Both the position numbers and the translations under genes were made by a program. Below the pieces are notes generated by a model. The model was not told the DNA's origin. It ran no database searches and saw only the letters and a program-made list of their open reading frames with translations. A stretch of DNA of 64,000 bases from Octopus vulgaris (lineage: Eukaryota): NCBI GenBank assembly GCA_951406725.2, contig OX597827.1, positions 31,310,001-31,374,000 of the forward strand, read 5' to 3'. Shown piece by piece: positions 22,672 to 34,302 of the stretch. Every line of letters begins with the position of its first letter. Positions within the stretch are counted from its first letter, which is position 1.

Positions 22672-24171
22672 TCATAATTGTAAGAATTTGATAGTCGTGG
22701 AAGGCGATGTAAAACGTTCGCAGGTGAATAGGGTCTCTTCGTTTTGCACGAACGGCAGCGGATGTGCTGTTACAAAACTTGATGCTGTGTTAAAAGAGAG
22801 TGGATTTCTGCATGAAGGAGCGTTATATCGCCGCGCGTGCTCCCCAGAAGGCCTTTTGTCAGCATCGATGACAATGGTGAATGTTGGTGAAGGGGCTGTT
22901 TTCAAGGCGTATTTGAAACTGCGAATATAGCTGTTGTGGTCATGAAGCATGTTTTGCAGAGTGAGCAGCACGTCCCTGTCGAAATTGTCAGCGTTATTGT
23001 TTGCATGTTGTGGAATTACGTCGAAACGCAAATCAAGTTGCCTATTATAATTTGTAATAAAATAAATTTGAAGGAACGAAGGTTTGCAATTTTGTAGTGG
23101 CTGGAGTGACCCAATAAGGTGGTACACCTGGCCCTGGACCTTGAAAGTAGGCATCCAACCAGTTTCTCTGACAACGTTAGCCCCGAAAGAAGTCATCTGA
23201 AATGCACAATTGTATTTCCTGATGAGTTGAAGGAATTTTGATGACCTTGAGGTGGAACCAGTAAGTAATTCCTTCAAAGGGTCTGGCAGCTCCCGAAGAG
23301 GGGGCAAGCTGACCTTACCGTTTAAGCAGCACATCGCAGGTGGTTCCCCAGCCCACTTTTTAGCATTGCAGAATTGGCAATTGAAGAACATTTCCCCAAT
23401 ATTTATGTCAGCGTGCATCGAGTAATTGAAGTTGGGCTCATACTTGAAAGCACGTAGATGCCAGTAAGGTCTGTTTGGACTCGTGAGACCGCGGCGTCGA
23501 CTGTTCCGCTGGAATGTAGAACGTTGCTGGTCTGAGTCGTGGGAATGTGTCGAAAATGTTGAAGCAGCAGTAGCCGCAGCGTTTGTAGCCAGTCGAGTGG
23601 CCCTTTGTTGTGGGTCCTCTGAAGCCCTTTGTGCAGCAACAGCAGAAGCGTTTATGGCGCTGCGCTTCGACCTTGTTTCCGGACTGTCTGAAGCCATGGA
23701 AGCAGCATCATATGAAGCAACCGCAGCGTTTGTAGCCAGTCGAGTGGCCCTTTGTTGTGGGTCCTCTGAAGCCCTCTGTGCAGCAACAGCAGAAGCGTTT
23801 ATGGCGTTGCGCTTCGACCTTGTTTCCGGACCGTCTGAAGCCGTGGAAGCAGCATCGTATGAAGCAACCGCAGCGTTTGTAGCCAGTCGAGTGGCCCTTT
23901 GTTGTGGGTCCTCTGAAGCCCTTTGTGCAGCAACAGCAGAAGCGTTTATGGCGCTGCGCTTCGACCTTGTTTCCGGACCGTCTGAAGCCGTGGAAGCAGC
24001 ATCGTATGAAGCAACCGCAGCGTTTGTAGCCAGTCGAGTGGCCCTTTGTTGTGGGTCCTCTGAAGCCCTTTGTGCAGCAACAGCAGAAGCATTTATGGCG
24101 CTGCGCTTCGCCTTTTTCGCAGCTGCTGCTGCAGTATGGCGGCCGATGTGACTTCTCTTTTTCGGTGGCAT
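22672..24171 (-). CDS. Truncated Helitron RepHel protein (NLS-like start, 49-aa repeats, zinc finger; no HUH or helicase domain)
   Basis: MPPKKR; CQFCNAKKW..EPPAMCCLNGKV; IRKYNCAFQMTSFGA; FKVQGQVYHLIGSL; FLQIYF; GEHARRYNAP, all Helitron N-terminal motifs; 499 codons open. Confidence 0.8.
   Translation of the reverse strand: MPPKKRSHIGRHTAAAAAKKAKRSAINASAVAAQRASEDPQQRATRLATNAAVASYDAASTASDGPETRSKRSAINASAVAAQRASEDPQQRATRLATNAAVASYDAASTASDGPETRSKRNAINASAVAAQRASEDPQQRATRLATNAAVASYDAASMASDSPETRSKRSAINASAVAAQRASEDPQQRATRLATNAAATAASTFSTHSHDSDQQRSTFQRNSRRRGLTSPNRPYWHLRAFKYEPNFNYSMHADINIGEMFFNCQFCNAKKWAGEPPAMCCLNGKVSLPPLRELPDPLKELLTGSTSRSSKFLQLIRKYNCAFQMTSFGANVVRETGWMPTFKVQGQVYHLIGSLQPLQNCKPSFLQIYFITNYNRQLDLRFDVIPQHANNNADNFDRDVLLTLQNMLHDHNSYIRSFKYALKTAPSPTFTIVIDADKRPSGEHARRYNAPSCRNPLSFNTASSFVTAHPLPFVQNEETLFTCERFTSPSTTIKFLQL
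23575..24110 (-). repeat. 147-bp (49-aa) coding tandem repeat, about 3.6 copies
   Basis: GTTTGTAGCCAGTCGAGTGG recurs with period 147 (23581, 23728, and so on). Confidence 0.95.
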
Positions 24172-24519
24172 TTTATGTGAAAAAGAAAGGGTGAAAGTTA
24201 CTTAAAGATAGAAATTGTAATTTGAATGAAATGTGGAAAAATGTAAAGCGTGGAAGGAAAAGAAATAAATATTAGCAGCTGAAAGAAATTTTTTATGCAA
24301 GTATAGCGACAGAGTGTGTAAAATGTATAGAAATTTGAGTTAAAAGCCAGAAAAGAAAGTTAGATTTGCAATAAAGGAATAGTTTACGTACATGTTCGAA
24401 ATGTGAAGTGTTTTAGTTGTTTAATCAAATATTTGCGTAAAGTGTATAGAAACGTAAATTGAAAAAAGAAAATGAATTGAAATTTTTTAAAGAAAGGAAT
24501 TTGTTTACATACATGTGTG

Positions 24520-24729
24520 AAATGGCAAATGTTTGTGCAGTTGTCCGAAATGGAATCCAGGGTAAATGTGTAGAACTGATGTATTATAATGAATAGTCCT
24601 TCTTGAACTGAAAACCAGTGGTGTAAATGGCAAATGTTTGTGCAGTTGTCCGAAATGGAATCCAGGGTAAATGTGTGGAACTGATGTATTATAATGAATA
24701 GTCCTTCTTGAACTGAAAACCAGTGGTGT
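24520..24729. repeat. 105-bp tandem duplication inside the Helitron
   Basis: AAATGGCAAATGTTTGTGCAG at 24520 and 24625. Confidence 0.9.
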
Positions 24730-24795
24730 AGCATAAAAGACGATAAGGGATCTTCTCGCCAAAATGGATGACCAGTCTGAATGGCTCACCCCTGT

Positions 24796-24826
<31 letters not shown>

Positions 24827-26759
24827 ACACGCACAGACACACGCACACACACACAGACACACACACACGTTAGCTTACAATGTCTGTCAACAATTGACAC
24901 TGTCATATATATTAGCGTGTCTATGTGTCTAAAGAGGAAGTTGGAGTAATAGGCAGAGTAAAGGCTTCAAAGTGAAATGTTAAAATATTGAGTTTTCTCG
25001 AATTTTGTCTTAATTGGGGGTGAAATTGAAAGAAATATATTATGGCATGAGCGAATGGAGTACTTTGAAAAATCTTAGGTAAATTCTAATTGAAGAAATT
25101 GTGTGAGGAGTAAATGGTTATGTATTTATTTGTTTCTGTTTGCTGTGTTTTTTTATTTTTTGAGTAGTGGTTTAAATACTTTCAGTTTAGTCTTCCTCAA
25201 ATCACTCTGTCGCTATTTACTTTCATTTTATTCGTTGCACACTGTGTATGTGCGTTTGCGTGTGGTGTAAACCAGACTAAGAAAAGCATTTGACACACAC
25301 ACCAGAATGTGAGTTTTCTGTAAATTTTGCTTAATTGGAGTTTAAATTTTAAAAACTGGACCTGGCATGACGCGATGCATTCTACTCTTAAAAATTCTAG
25401 GTAAATTGTAATTGAAGAAATCCTATATTGTAGATTTCTATAACTCCCAAAGGGAGGCAGATAAAATCTGCCTTTTATAATAAGAGATAATAATAATAAT
25501 AATATCGAAAAATACCTTATGAATGAGAACCCAGGTTCAAAATTTCCCCAAGACACCTGATGAAGGTTGGAGGGTATATCAGCCAAAACATTGTATTAAC
25601 AAGAAACGAGATGATGACAGATATCCGTGAAATGTAAATAATGTAAATAATTCCTCATCTCTTGAATATAGAACTGTAGAGCAAAATCTGTTTTCCAGTT
25701 GTGACACTGAAGGACCTTCACCTTTAGGATACTTTAAAAAATCGCCAACATTTAGCAGGGACCTTTACATAGATTCTTAATAGACTCCTAATATTGCTTG
25801 TATCAGAAATCTGCTTTTTGTCTTCAGAATGGAATCATCTATTTCTCCATCATTTGCTGCTATATCTTTGTGTCTCTGGATGAATTCCGTTAACTCATTT
25901 CCAAGTGGAAATGAAACTGCAGAGAACCTGATTGTTGCAGTTGCTCTCTGCAATTCCACTTCAGCTCCGAAGAATGACAGCAAGTTGGTTTGGTTCAAGT
26001 TTGTTTTTGTTCTTGTTGCTCCTCATGTTGCTGCTGTTAGGTCAAGGCTGACCTGGGATAAACAACAACAACAATGGCAGTGGTAGCAGAGTGGGGAGGT
26101 CTTTGGTCATAGGTTTGCGGGATCAGAGCTGCTCTGGGAATAACAAACAAACCAATATCAAAAGGAAAGAACTGTTTTTATAGAAGAAGGGATCGAAGCA
26201 AGCATCCCTTCAATATGTTTACTGCTGATGTAACAACAACTACACACACATAATGTAATGTATTTCTTCACGATAATGGAATATCTACTTCCTGAGAAAA
26301 GGAAAAGATGGAGAAAGTGATCAAGGTCAAAAGGTGATTGATCTAGTGACTCTTGGCAGGTGATCTACTGTGCACTGTTAAAAATGATGCATCTGGAAAT
26401 GGAAAATAGGAAGAAGAGCCTAGCAACAGGCTTTTGGATTGATTACCTGAAAGGATACAAGATGATCCGTCCATTCCTGGAGACTACAAGAGTGCCAAGA
26501 AATATCTGGTCACCATTCCATGGTGGAATACAAACATTTTGTTGAAAGAAGCAGAAGGCTTTAATGTGTTGTGGTTGTTTAATGTCAGGTTAGTCCTGAT
26601 TGAGCATACCTGTGGTTTAAAATATATCAGGTACATGTGGCTGGTCAGTAGTTTACTTACCAAGCACATGATCCTGGGTCCAGCAGTAGTGGAAGACAAA
26701 CACACACACACACACACATGCACACTCTCTCTCTCTCTCTCTCTCACACACACATGCAC

Positions 26760-26935
26760 ACACTCACACACACGACATGCTTCTTTCAGTTTCCATCTAC
26801 CAAATCCACTCACAAAGCTTTGGTCAGCCCGAGGCTATAGTAGAAGACACTTGCCCAGGGTACCACACAGTGGGACTGAACCTGGAATCATGCTGCTAGG
26901 AAGCAAACGTCTTACCACACAGCCATATCTGTGCC
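26760..26935 (-). mobile_element. SINE family A head
   Basis: Reverse complement of the family A 5' part. Confidence 0.75.
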
Positions 26936-28062
26936 TTTATTTAATAAATTACATAAAAAAAAGCAAACCAAATTAGCAGCAATTTAAACATAATGAAGGA
27001 ACAATCAATTAACAATAATTGGTTCCCTCATATATTAATCTAAAAGTGAGAAAGGAATGGATTATTTTGTCTGTTGAGAATTTTTTAGAAGTGATATTCA
27101 GAAGCAGTTTGTGAAGCTTGGAATGAAGAAAGGGGGAATGGTAAAGGCTGAATGAATCAGCCAATTAGATAGCAATGCAATGTGCAATGGAATGAGAATA
27201 ATGAATATATAAATAATTAGGTATGTTAATTACATTTGTTTACAGCTCTACCTGTGACACCTGAAAAGAATTAGTTTCAAAACTGAGTCAAGCAGTTACA
27301 GTTCCATGGATCCATATTTCTTCTTAAACATACTCCTGTTTCCATGCTTCAACATATAATATCTATTCACACACACACACACACATACATATATATACAC
27401 ATGGCAGTCTAAGAATCCATAAATCAGGAAAAATGCATTTACCATATTTCATTCCATAACTGCTATCTCTGAAGAGAGCAGGGTTACATAACTGGATTAT
27501 TATCTAGCACTCTGTTGAATTCTTAGTGTGAAACTGATCAGTAAGATCAGCCATAATAGATATATGATACTGTACACTTCGATTAACATACATATATATA
27601 AACAAGCACACACACACATTAACTTTTACTTGTGCATCATCGCAGCACATCATTGAATAGTTTTTCACACTGTTTGAATATATAATCATAGACTGGGGAT
27701 TCAGCTCATCTTCAGTTCAGTCCAAGTGTGTGATGTTGATAAGCCACAATGATGATGAAATATTGGTATCCACCATTCTTGGGTTTGATCCAAGGTCAAT
27801 TGTCTCACCTGGTCTATGACTTTCAGGTGTTTTATATATTTCTGGCTGTGGTGCCATGAGGATTTCAAAATGTCAGAGGCACCACAGCCAGAAACCAATA
27901 GCCAAGATTGAAGGGAGACAATTGTTTACCTCCGTGGTGCTTTGGTGACCACAAGATGTCTGCATGGCTGAATAGCGATGGACAATGGCAAAGGGAGATA
28001 ATCACCTAGGGTTTTATCCTTAAAAACAATGCTTCCCCCCACCATATTTTAAAGAGGTCTCA

Positions 28063-28134
28063 GGCCAGCAGTGTTTGGGGTCTGAAGATACGCCCTTATG
28101 AGCATGAAACCCAGGGTAACCCCATAAACTGGCC
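28063..28134 (+). ncRNA. Type I hammerhead ribozyme motif with extended helix I
   Basis: GGCCAG..GTTTGGGGT-CTGAAGA-T-ACGC-CCTTATGA-GCAT-GAA-ACCCAGGGT-A-ACCCCA-TAAAC-TGGCC; GUA cleavage triplet; one C.A mismatch in helix II. Confidence 0.75.
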
Positions 28135-28148
28135 TACCCCATTATAAG

Positions 28149-28184
<36 letters not shown>

Positions 28185-28189
28185 ATGTG

Positions 28190-28720
28190 TCAGTGTGGGC
28201 AGTTGGACAAGATCATCAGAAAAAGACATTGATAGTAGAATTACCGAAGCCTGGGCTGCCATGAACAAAATGGATAAGATATGGAACCCAGGTCTACTCA
28301 CAAAAATCAAATTATCATTCTCCAGAAAATCTGTCTGGTCAGTGTTGTTGTATGGATCAGGTAGATGGACTCTGACACAAGCACTTGAGAAGAAACCAGA
28401 TGGTGCATACACCACACTCTAAAATGTTTATGGTTGTACAAAATATGAAATGGTATCAACGAATTACAAATGAAAGTTAATAAAGAAACTTGCTTAAGAT
28501 AACAACTACAATTGCTCAAAGACGGTTATGATTTGCAGGACATTGCTGGGGAAGAAAGCAGGACGATATACAGAAAATAATATTGTGGGAACCAACTCAT
28601 GGGTGATGCAGGAGAAGGAAACCTGCCCAAACATTTCTTGATCAACTCTCAGATGATACAAACCTCAGTAAGGAAGAATGGAAAACAATAGCAAGACTTG
28701 CAAGGAATGGTTAACTACGG
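28190..28720 (+). mobile_element. Old RTE-like LINE 3' fragment
   Basis: SSEKDIDSRITEAWAAMNKMDKIW..SVLLYGSGRWTLT; FAGHCW..ILWEPTHG. Confidence 0.75.
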
Positions 28721-28739
28721 TTGAAATGTAGGTGTCTTG

Positions 28740-29160
28740 TAGGTGCAGATGTGGGTGTGTGATTGAAAAGAATGCTTCTCAACCATCTGGTCTGAGGTTC
28801 AATCTCACTATCACAGCACCTTGGGCAAGTTTTTTTACAACTGTAAAACTGAACCAATCAAAGCCTTGTGGATGTGAATACATGTGCACACACACACGTA
28901 TTGGTGTATGTGCTCTTGTCTCGAAATCACATAATGGTTGTAAATGAGCATCACCATCAAACAGGTGGTGTTGCTTGTTTCCAGTCTTCTGTGGAAAACA
29001 TGTCTGGCCATGAGGAAATGTGACCTTGCTAGGAAACAGGTGAAGGCTGGTGACAGCATGGGCATCTAATCCATAGAAAATCTGACCTTTGCAAGCATGA
29101 AAAAGTGGACGTTAAAACGAAGATGATAATAATGATGATAGTGATGATGATGATGATGAT
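28740..29160 (+). mobile_element. SINE family D
   Basis: tRNA-like head ...GAGGTTCAATCTC...CCTTGGGCAAG; tail AAAAGTGGACGTTAAA(TGA)n. Confidence 0.6.
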
Positions 29161-29221
29161 TCAAATGCAGAATGGAGCTAGCCATAATATTTTGTCACAA
29201 AAAAATTTCTGAATGAGAAAT

Positions 29222-29673
29222 ATCCTCATCATCATCATCGTTTAACATCCGCTTTCCATGCTAGCATGGGTTGGACGGTTCGACCGGGATTTGGGAAGCC
29301 AGGAGGCTGCACCAGGCTCCAGTCTGATCAGGCAGTATTTCTACAGCTGGATGCCCTTCCTAACACCAACCACTCTGTGAGTATAGTGGGTGCTTTTTAC
29401 GTGCCACTGGCACAGGGGTCAGAGGAGGCTGGCAACAGCCACGGTCGGTTGGTGCTTTTTACGTGCCTCTGGCATGGACACCAGTCAAGACAGCACTGGC
29501 AACGGCCACATTTGGATGGTGCTTTTTATGTGCCACCGGCACAGGTATCACGACTACAATTTCCATTTGATTTTTATTTTGATGTTGATGTACTTGACTC
29601 AATAGGTCTCCTCAAGCACAGCAGGTCACCCAATGAGCACAGCAGGTCACCCAATGAGCACAGCAGGTCACCC
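29222..29673 (-). mobile_element. RTE 3' UTR/tail copy
   Basis: Matches 11175-11590. Confidence 0.8.
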
Positions 29674-31169
29674 GAGAGCTTACTCAGAATGTTATTGGCA
29701 GATCCTGAAACACCGGTGCTCAACCTAATTCAGTCCCCTCAGTGATGAGCACTCACAAACATTCTAAACTAAATGGAAAAACATTTGTTCTGATATAGAA
29801 ATTGGCAGTCAAAGCATTAGTTGATTTGTGCATGTGCACTGGAAAGCAAAGCTGGCCTGAGTGGGATTGAACTTAGAATATAAAGAGCCAGAAATAATAT
29901 AATATATTGTTTAATCCATAAACCATTTTCTGCCAATTTGTGTTCTTGTCCCAATCTTAGAAATTCATACAGCTGTTAGTTATTGTTGTTGTTGCTGCCG
30001 TTTATCCTTCCAGGACCAGGAAAAAGCTGGGTTGATTTAACTGACAAGACTCCTCCACAACATCTGAGTAGCCATGTGACTATTTCAGAAATCCTCATCG
30101 TCTTTGTCACCACCAGCATCCTCCGCTCCCTCTTCATCATCATTGATGTCACCGTTGTGGTCATTGCCATTGATATCATAGTTATCAACATCATCATCAT
30201 CACCACCATCATCATCATCATTGTCAACACCACTGCTGACACTTTTACCACCAAGCCCACACCACCACCACCACCACCACCACCTCCACCATCATCATCA
30301 CTGACATCATCATTGTTCTCAACACCATCACCACCACCATTACCATCAATGACTACTCACACCACCAGCTGCCTCCTCCTCCTCCTCCTCATTGTCCTTG
30401 TCATTGTAATCAACGTTGTCCTCTTCACCTTCCTGCACATCATTATCAACTTCACCATTGCCTCCATCACCACTACCATCACCACCACCATCGCCACCAC
30501 ATCAAACAGCAAAGAGACCAAGGTGAACTTGACAGGTGATAATGACGTGAGTGGGTGTAGGTGGTGGAGAAATCTTTGAATAATCAAGAATTGAAATGAC
30601 AGTAAACAGCTTACGGCAAGGATGGATCATTACAGTCTAGACTAAATTGGTATCTTTACACAATTAAACACACACTTTCAATAAACGGTCTGCCAGAAAA
30701 GGTCAATAAGACATGACCTGCAATTCTTAATGAAGCCCTCTTTCTTTACCTGGAGACCAAACTACAGCAGACAATTTGGTTTCTTTCTTGTTTCGTCAAA
30801 GTGAGTTGTTGGTCATGTCAAATATTGTAAAAGCGGCATCTGGTGCATGCATCTCTCTCTCTCTTTCTCTCTCTCTCTCTTTCTCTCTCCTCTCTCCCTG
30901 CCTCTCATCTCATTCCAGTCTCACTTCACAAAGATGTCGGTAGTGGTGGTAGAGGAGTGTTTTTCTTTTTAAACTTTAGCATTCAAACCATCTGTATTCC
31001 AGCCCAAACATTCCACTAGTTTTACATTCAAACTGGCCGTATCTGGTCTCTCACACCCACCCTATAATGTGCAAGTGCATCATTGGAATCTCAATGCTAC
31101 AAGACAATGCACAATTAATTCAAAGTAATGTGAGCAGATAAACATCACATTTGATAGAGAAATGCTGAA

Positions 31170-31378
31170 TATTCTTTCCTATTCTAGACACAAGGCCTGA
31201 AAATTTGGGGCCAGTCGATTAGATCGACCCCAGAACACAACTGGTACTTAATTTATCAACCCCGAAAGGATGAAAGGCAAAGTCAAACTTGGCGGAATCT
31301 GAACTCAGAAGTAAAGACAGAAGAAATACTGCTAAGTATTTCGCCCAGCGTGCTAACAATTCTGCCAGTTCACTACCT
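31170..31378 (-). mobile_element. SINE family B
   Basis: Homologous to 16850-17068; candidate TSD GAGAAATGCTGAATATT at about 31157-31173 and 31379-31395. Confidence 0.8.
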
Positions 31379-31511
31379 GAGAAATGCTGAATATTGAATG
31401 GTGAAGGCACACCAGAATGTGTTAGGGAGTACATATATAGGAGTATATATATAGGAGTATATATAGGGAGTATATATATAGGAGTATATATATAGGAGTA
31501 TATATAGGGAG

Positions 31512-32064
31512 TATTTGCTTGTCTCATGTAACATTTTGTGTCCATTATTATTGAGTGAGAGAACAGCGCAGGCCATCAGAGTGACACTGGGGGTAAAATA
31601 TAATACCTGTCTGATAAGGGTACATGAGGTACATACCCCACAACCATATGTGCACGACATGGTGAACTTATATCAAAATAAACAGTGCATGACCTTGCAG
31701 GTGGGGCCCAGTTAGAATTTTCTTCAGGTTAAGTAGCCCACCCCGCTCAAAAGGTTCCTGAATAAAGTTTCTTTGATGAACAAAGCACCCATGTTTCCAA
31801 ATGTGAATTATCCAAACCCTATGTGTTCCTCTCAATACATGATGCTCTCCATTACATTTGCTCGGGATCAGAGTTGCACATATCGTCAGCCACTAATGGA
31901 CATGCTCAACTGGTTAAGGTCAAACAACTCACAAGCAAATCTGTGGTATTGAGCAGAATATTTGCTGTAGCTCATCTTTTATACCAAGACAAAACAATGT
32001 ACATGATAACATTCCCAATCAGTTAAGATCAGAAGCCATGAGAGCCACTGTCTGGTACTGCACC

Positions 32065-32065
<1 letters not shown>
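31512..32065 (-). mobile_element. Unclassified interspersed repeat (family U)
   Basis: Reverse complement of 63581-64000; both copies abut a long (TAA)n at the same end. Confidence 0.7.
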
Positions 32066-32225
<160 letters not shown>

Positions 32226-32596
32226 TCTTTCCCAGTGTATACGGTGTATACTTTTTGTTTTTTTATTTATCATTTCATTATTATATGTAAACCTCAACAC
32301 TTTATGTCTGTCTCTGTATTGTCCCCCTCATCTTTCGCCCTTGTGTCATCATCATCATCATCATCATCATTTAGCGTCAAATAAATGAAATTATTATTAT
32401 TATTATTATTTTAAAAAAAATTATTTTACTGTTCAGAGCTCTTGATCTTGCTTGCTCTGGTTGATTCAGTGAGAACGGACAACAACCTGTTGTCAGAGGT
32501 CTCACAGGGTATCTTCCTGCAAATTATAAGCTTTGGTATATGGATGTTAACTTATTGTGGAAGACACTTAACACCCAAGCATCAATCTCATTATTA

Positions 32597-32699
<103 letters not shown>

Positions 32700-32913
32700 G
32701 TTGGTGACCTGGTAGAACTGTTAGCATGCTGGGCAAAATGCTCAGTGACATTTCATCTGTTTTTTCACGTTCTGAGTTCAAATTCTGCTGAGGTTGACTT
32801 TGCCTTTTGTCCTTTGGCATCAATAAATTAAGTATCAGTTGCATACAGGGGTTGATCTAATCGACTGCCCACCTCCCCCAAAATTTCAGGCCTTGTGCCT
32901 AGAGTAGAAAAGA
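32700..32913 (+). mobile_element. SINE family B
   Basis: Full copy following (ATT)n. Confidence 0.8.
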
Positions 32914-33034
32914 CAAAATGTTTAGAGGCATTTCTTCCAGTTTTACATTCTGAATTCATATGTTGCTGAGGTTAACTCTGTCTTTCATTCTTTCAGGGTC
33001 AATGAAATAATTACCAGCCCTATACTGGGGTCGA

Positions 33035-33375
33035 TGAAGGTACATGGCTCAGTGGTTAGAGCATCGGGATCACGATCATGAAGTAGTGAGTTCAAATCCC
33101 AGACCAGGCTGTGTGTTGTGTTCTTGAGCAAGACATTTCATTTCACATTGCTCCAGTTCACTCAGCTGTAGAAATGAATCACAACATCACTGGTGCCAAG
33201 CTGTATCGGCCCCTTTACCTTTCCCTTGGATAACATCAATAGCATGGAGAGGAGAGGCTGGTATGCATGGGCGACTGCTGGTCTACTATAAACAACCTTG
33301 CTTGACATGTGCTTCAGAGGGGAACTTTCTAAGTGTAATCCCACAGCCATTCATGTGTGAAGGGGTCTTTACCCT
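33035..33375 (+). mobile_element. tRNA-derived SINE, family C (CORE-like)
   Basis: TGGCTCAGTGGTTAGAGC (A box), GAGTTCAAATCC (B box), TTGTGTTCTTGAGCAAGACA; other copies at 35785-36110 and 42180-42450. Confidence 0.75.
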
Positions 33376-33806
33376 AAATACAGGCAACAGATAACATCCT
33401 AAATATAAGGAATGAAATCTTCTCTCCCTGCATATATGGACAATATTTCACACTTAAACACTTCAAAGAGGAACCCCACCTGTGCTGCTAATCCCACGAA
33501 GATAGCTCCTTTCCTGAACATGAAATTTGAATATACAAAACACATAAACTCCACACACAGAGGAAAATATTCCCCCATGATGAACTACCTCAGCACACAA
33601 GTATATGAACATCACATACACTCAGAATATAATATAAGATAATGCAAACAAATTTCCCATCCAACATGACTGTTTGCCCAAAAGTCAAATCCAAGAGAGA
33701 TAACCACTTATCCAAAATAGAAACAAATATCATTCCTCAATGTGATTCACTTGAAAAATTGTTAAAATATTCAGATATTTTTCTGTTTTCATTCACAAAT
33801 AAAGAC

Positions 33807-33847
<41 letters not shown>

Positions 33848-33850
<3 letters not shown>

Positions 33851-34265
33851 TGCAGGAGTGGCTGTGTGGTAAGTAGCTTGCTTACCAACCATATGGTTCC
33901 GGGTTCAGTCCCACTGCGTGGCACCTTGGGCAAGTGTCTTCTACTATAGCCTCGGGCCGACCAAAGCCTTGTGAGTGGATTTGGTAGATGGAAACTGAAA
34001 GAAGCCCGTCGTATATATGTATATATATATAAGTGTGTGTGTATATGTTTGTGTGTCTGTGTTTGTCCTCCTAGCATTGCTTGACAACCGATGCTGGTGT
34101 GTTTATGTCCCCGTTACTTAGCAGTTCGGCAAAAGAGACCGATAGAATAAGTACTGGGCTTACAAAAGAATAAGTCTCGGGGTCGAGTTGCTCGATTAAA
34201 GGTGGTGCTCCAGCATGGCCGCAGCCAAATGACTGAAACAAGTAAAAGAGTAAAAGAAAAAGAGT
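33848..34265 (+). mobile_element. SINE family A, best-preserved copy
   Basis: GGTGCAGGAGTGGCTGTGTGGTAAGTAGC...GGGTTCAGTCCC...CCTTGGGCAAGTGTCTT...GAAACAAGTAAAAGAG. Confidence 0.9.
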
Positions 34266-34302
34266 AAAATATATATGTGTGTGTGTGTGTGTGTGTGTAT
34301 AT

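Larger units (their letters stand above)
22449..25487 (-). mobile_element. Helitron internal-deletion derivative
   Basis: Minus strand A|TCTCTTATTATAAAAGGCAG... (25487) to CCCAAGCAACGCCGGG hairpin and CTAG|T (22449); encodes a RepHel N-terminus. Confidence 0.92.
19414..25677 (+). mobile_element. Family H element hosting nested R4 and Helitron insertions in its (TAA)n
   Basis: Inverted arm 19414-19568, tRNA-like head 19569-19637, body and tail 25488-25677; 12-bp TSD AGAGCAAAATCT at 19402-19413 and 25678-25689. Confidence 0.85.

Noticed and set aside
23483-24151. 222-aa plus-strand ORF
   Set aside because: It is the antisense shadow of the 147-bp coding repeat in the Helitron ORF.
25777-26086. 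Overlapping ORFs in unique-looking sequence, possible host exon
   Set aside because: No recognisable domain and no convincing splice-site pair; it cannot be supported without a search.
33035-33110. tRNA-like sequences at SINE heads (also 12948-13010, 19569-19630, 42185-42250)
   Set aside because: A and B boxes are present but there is no complete cloverleaf, and they continue into SINE bodies, so they are not tRNA genes.
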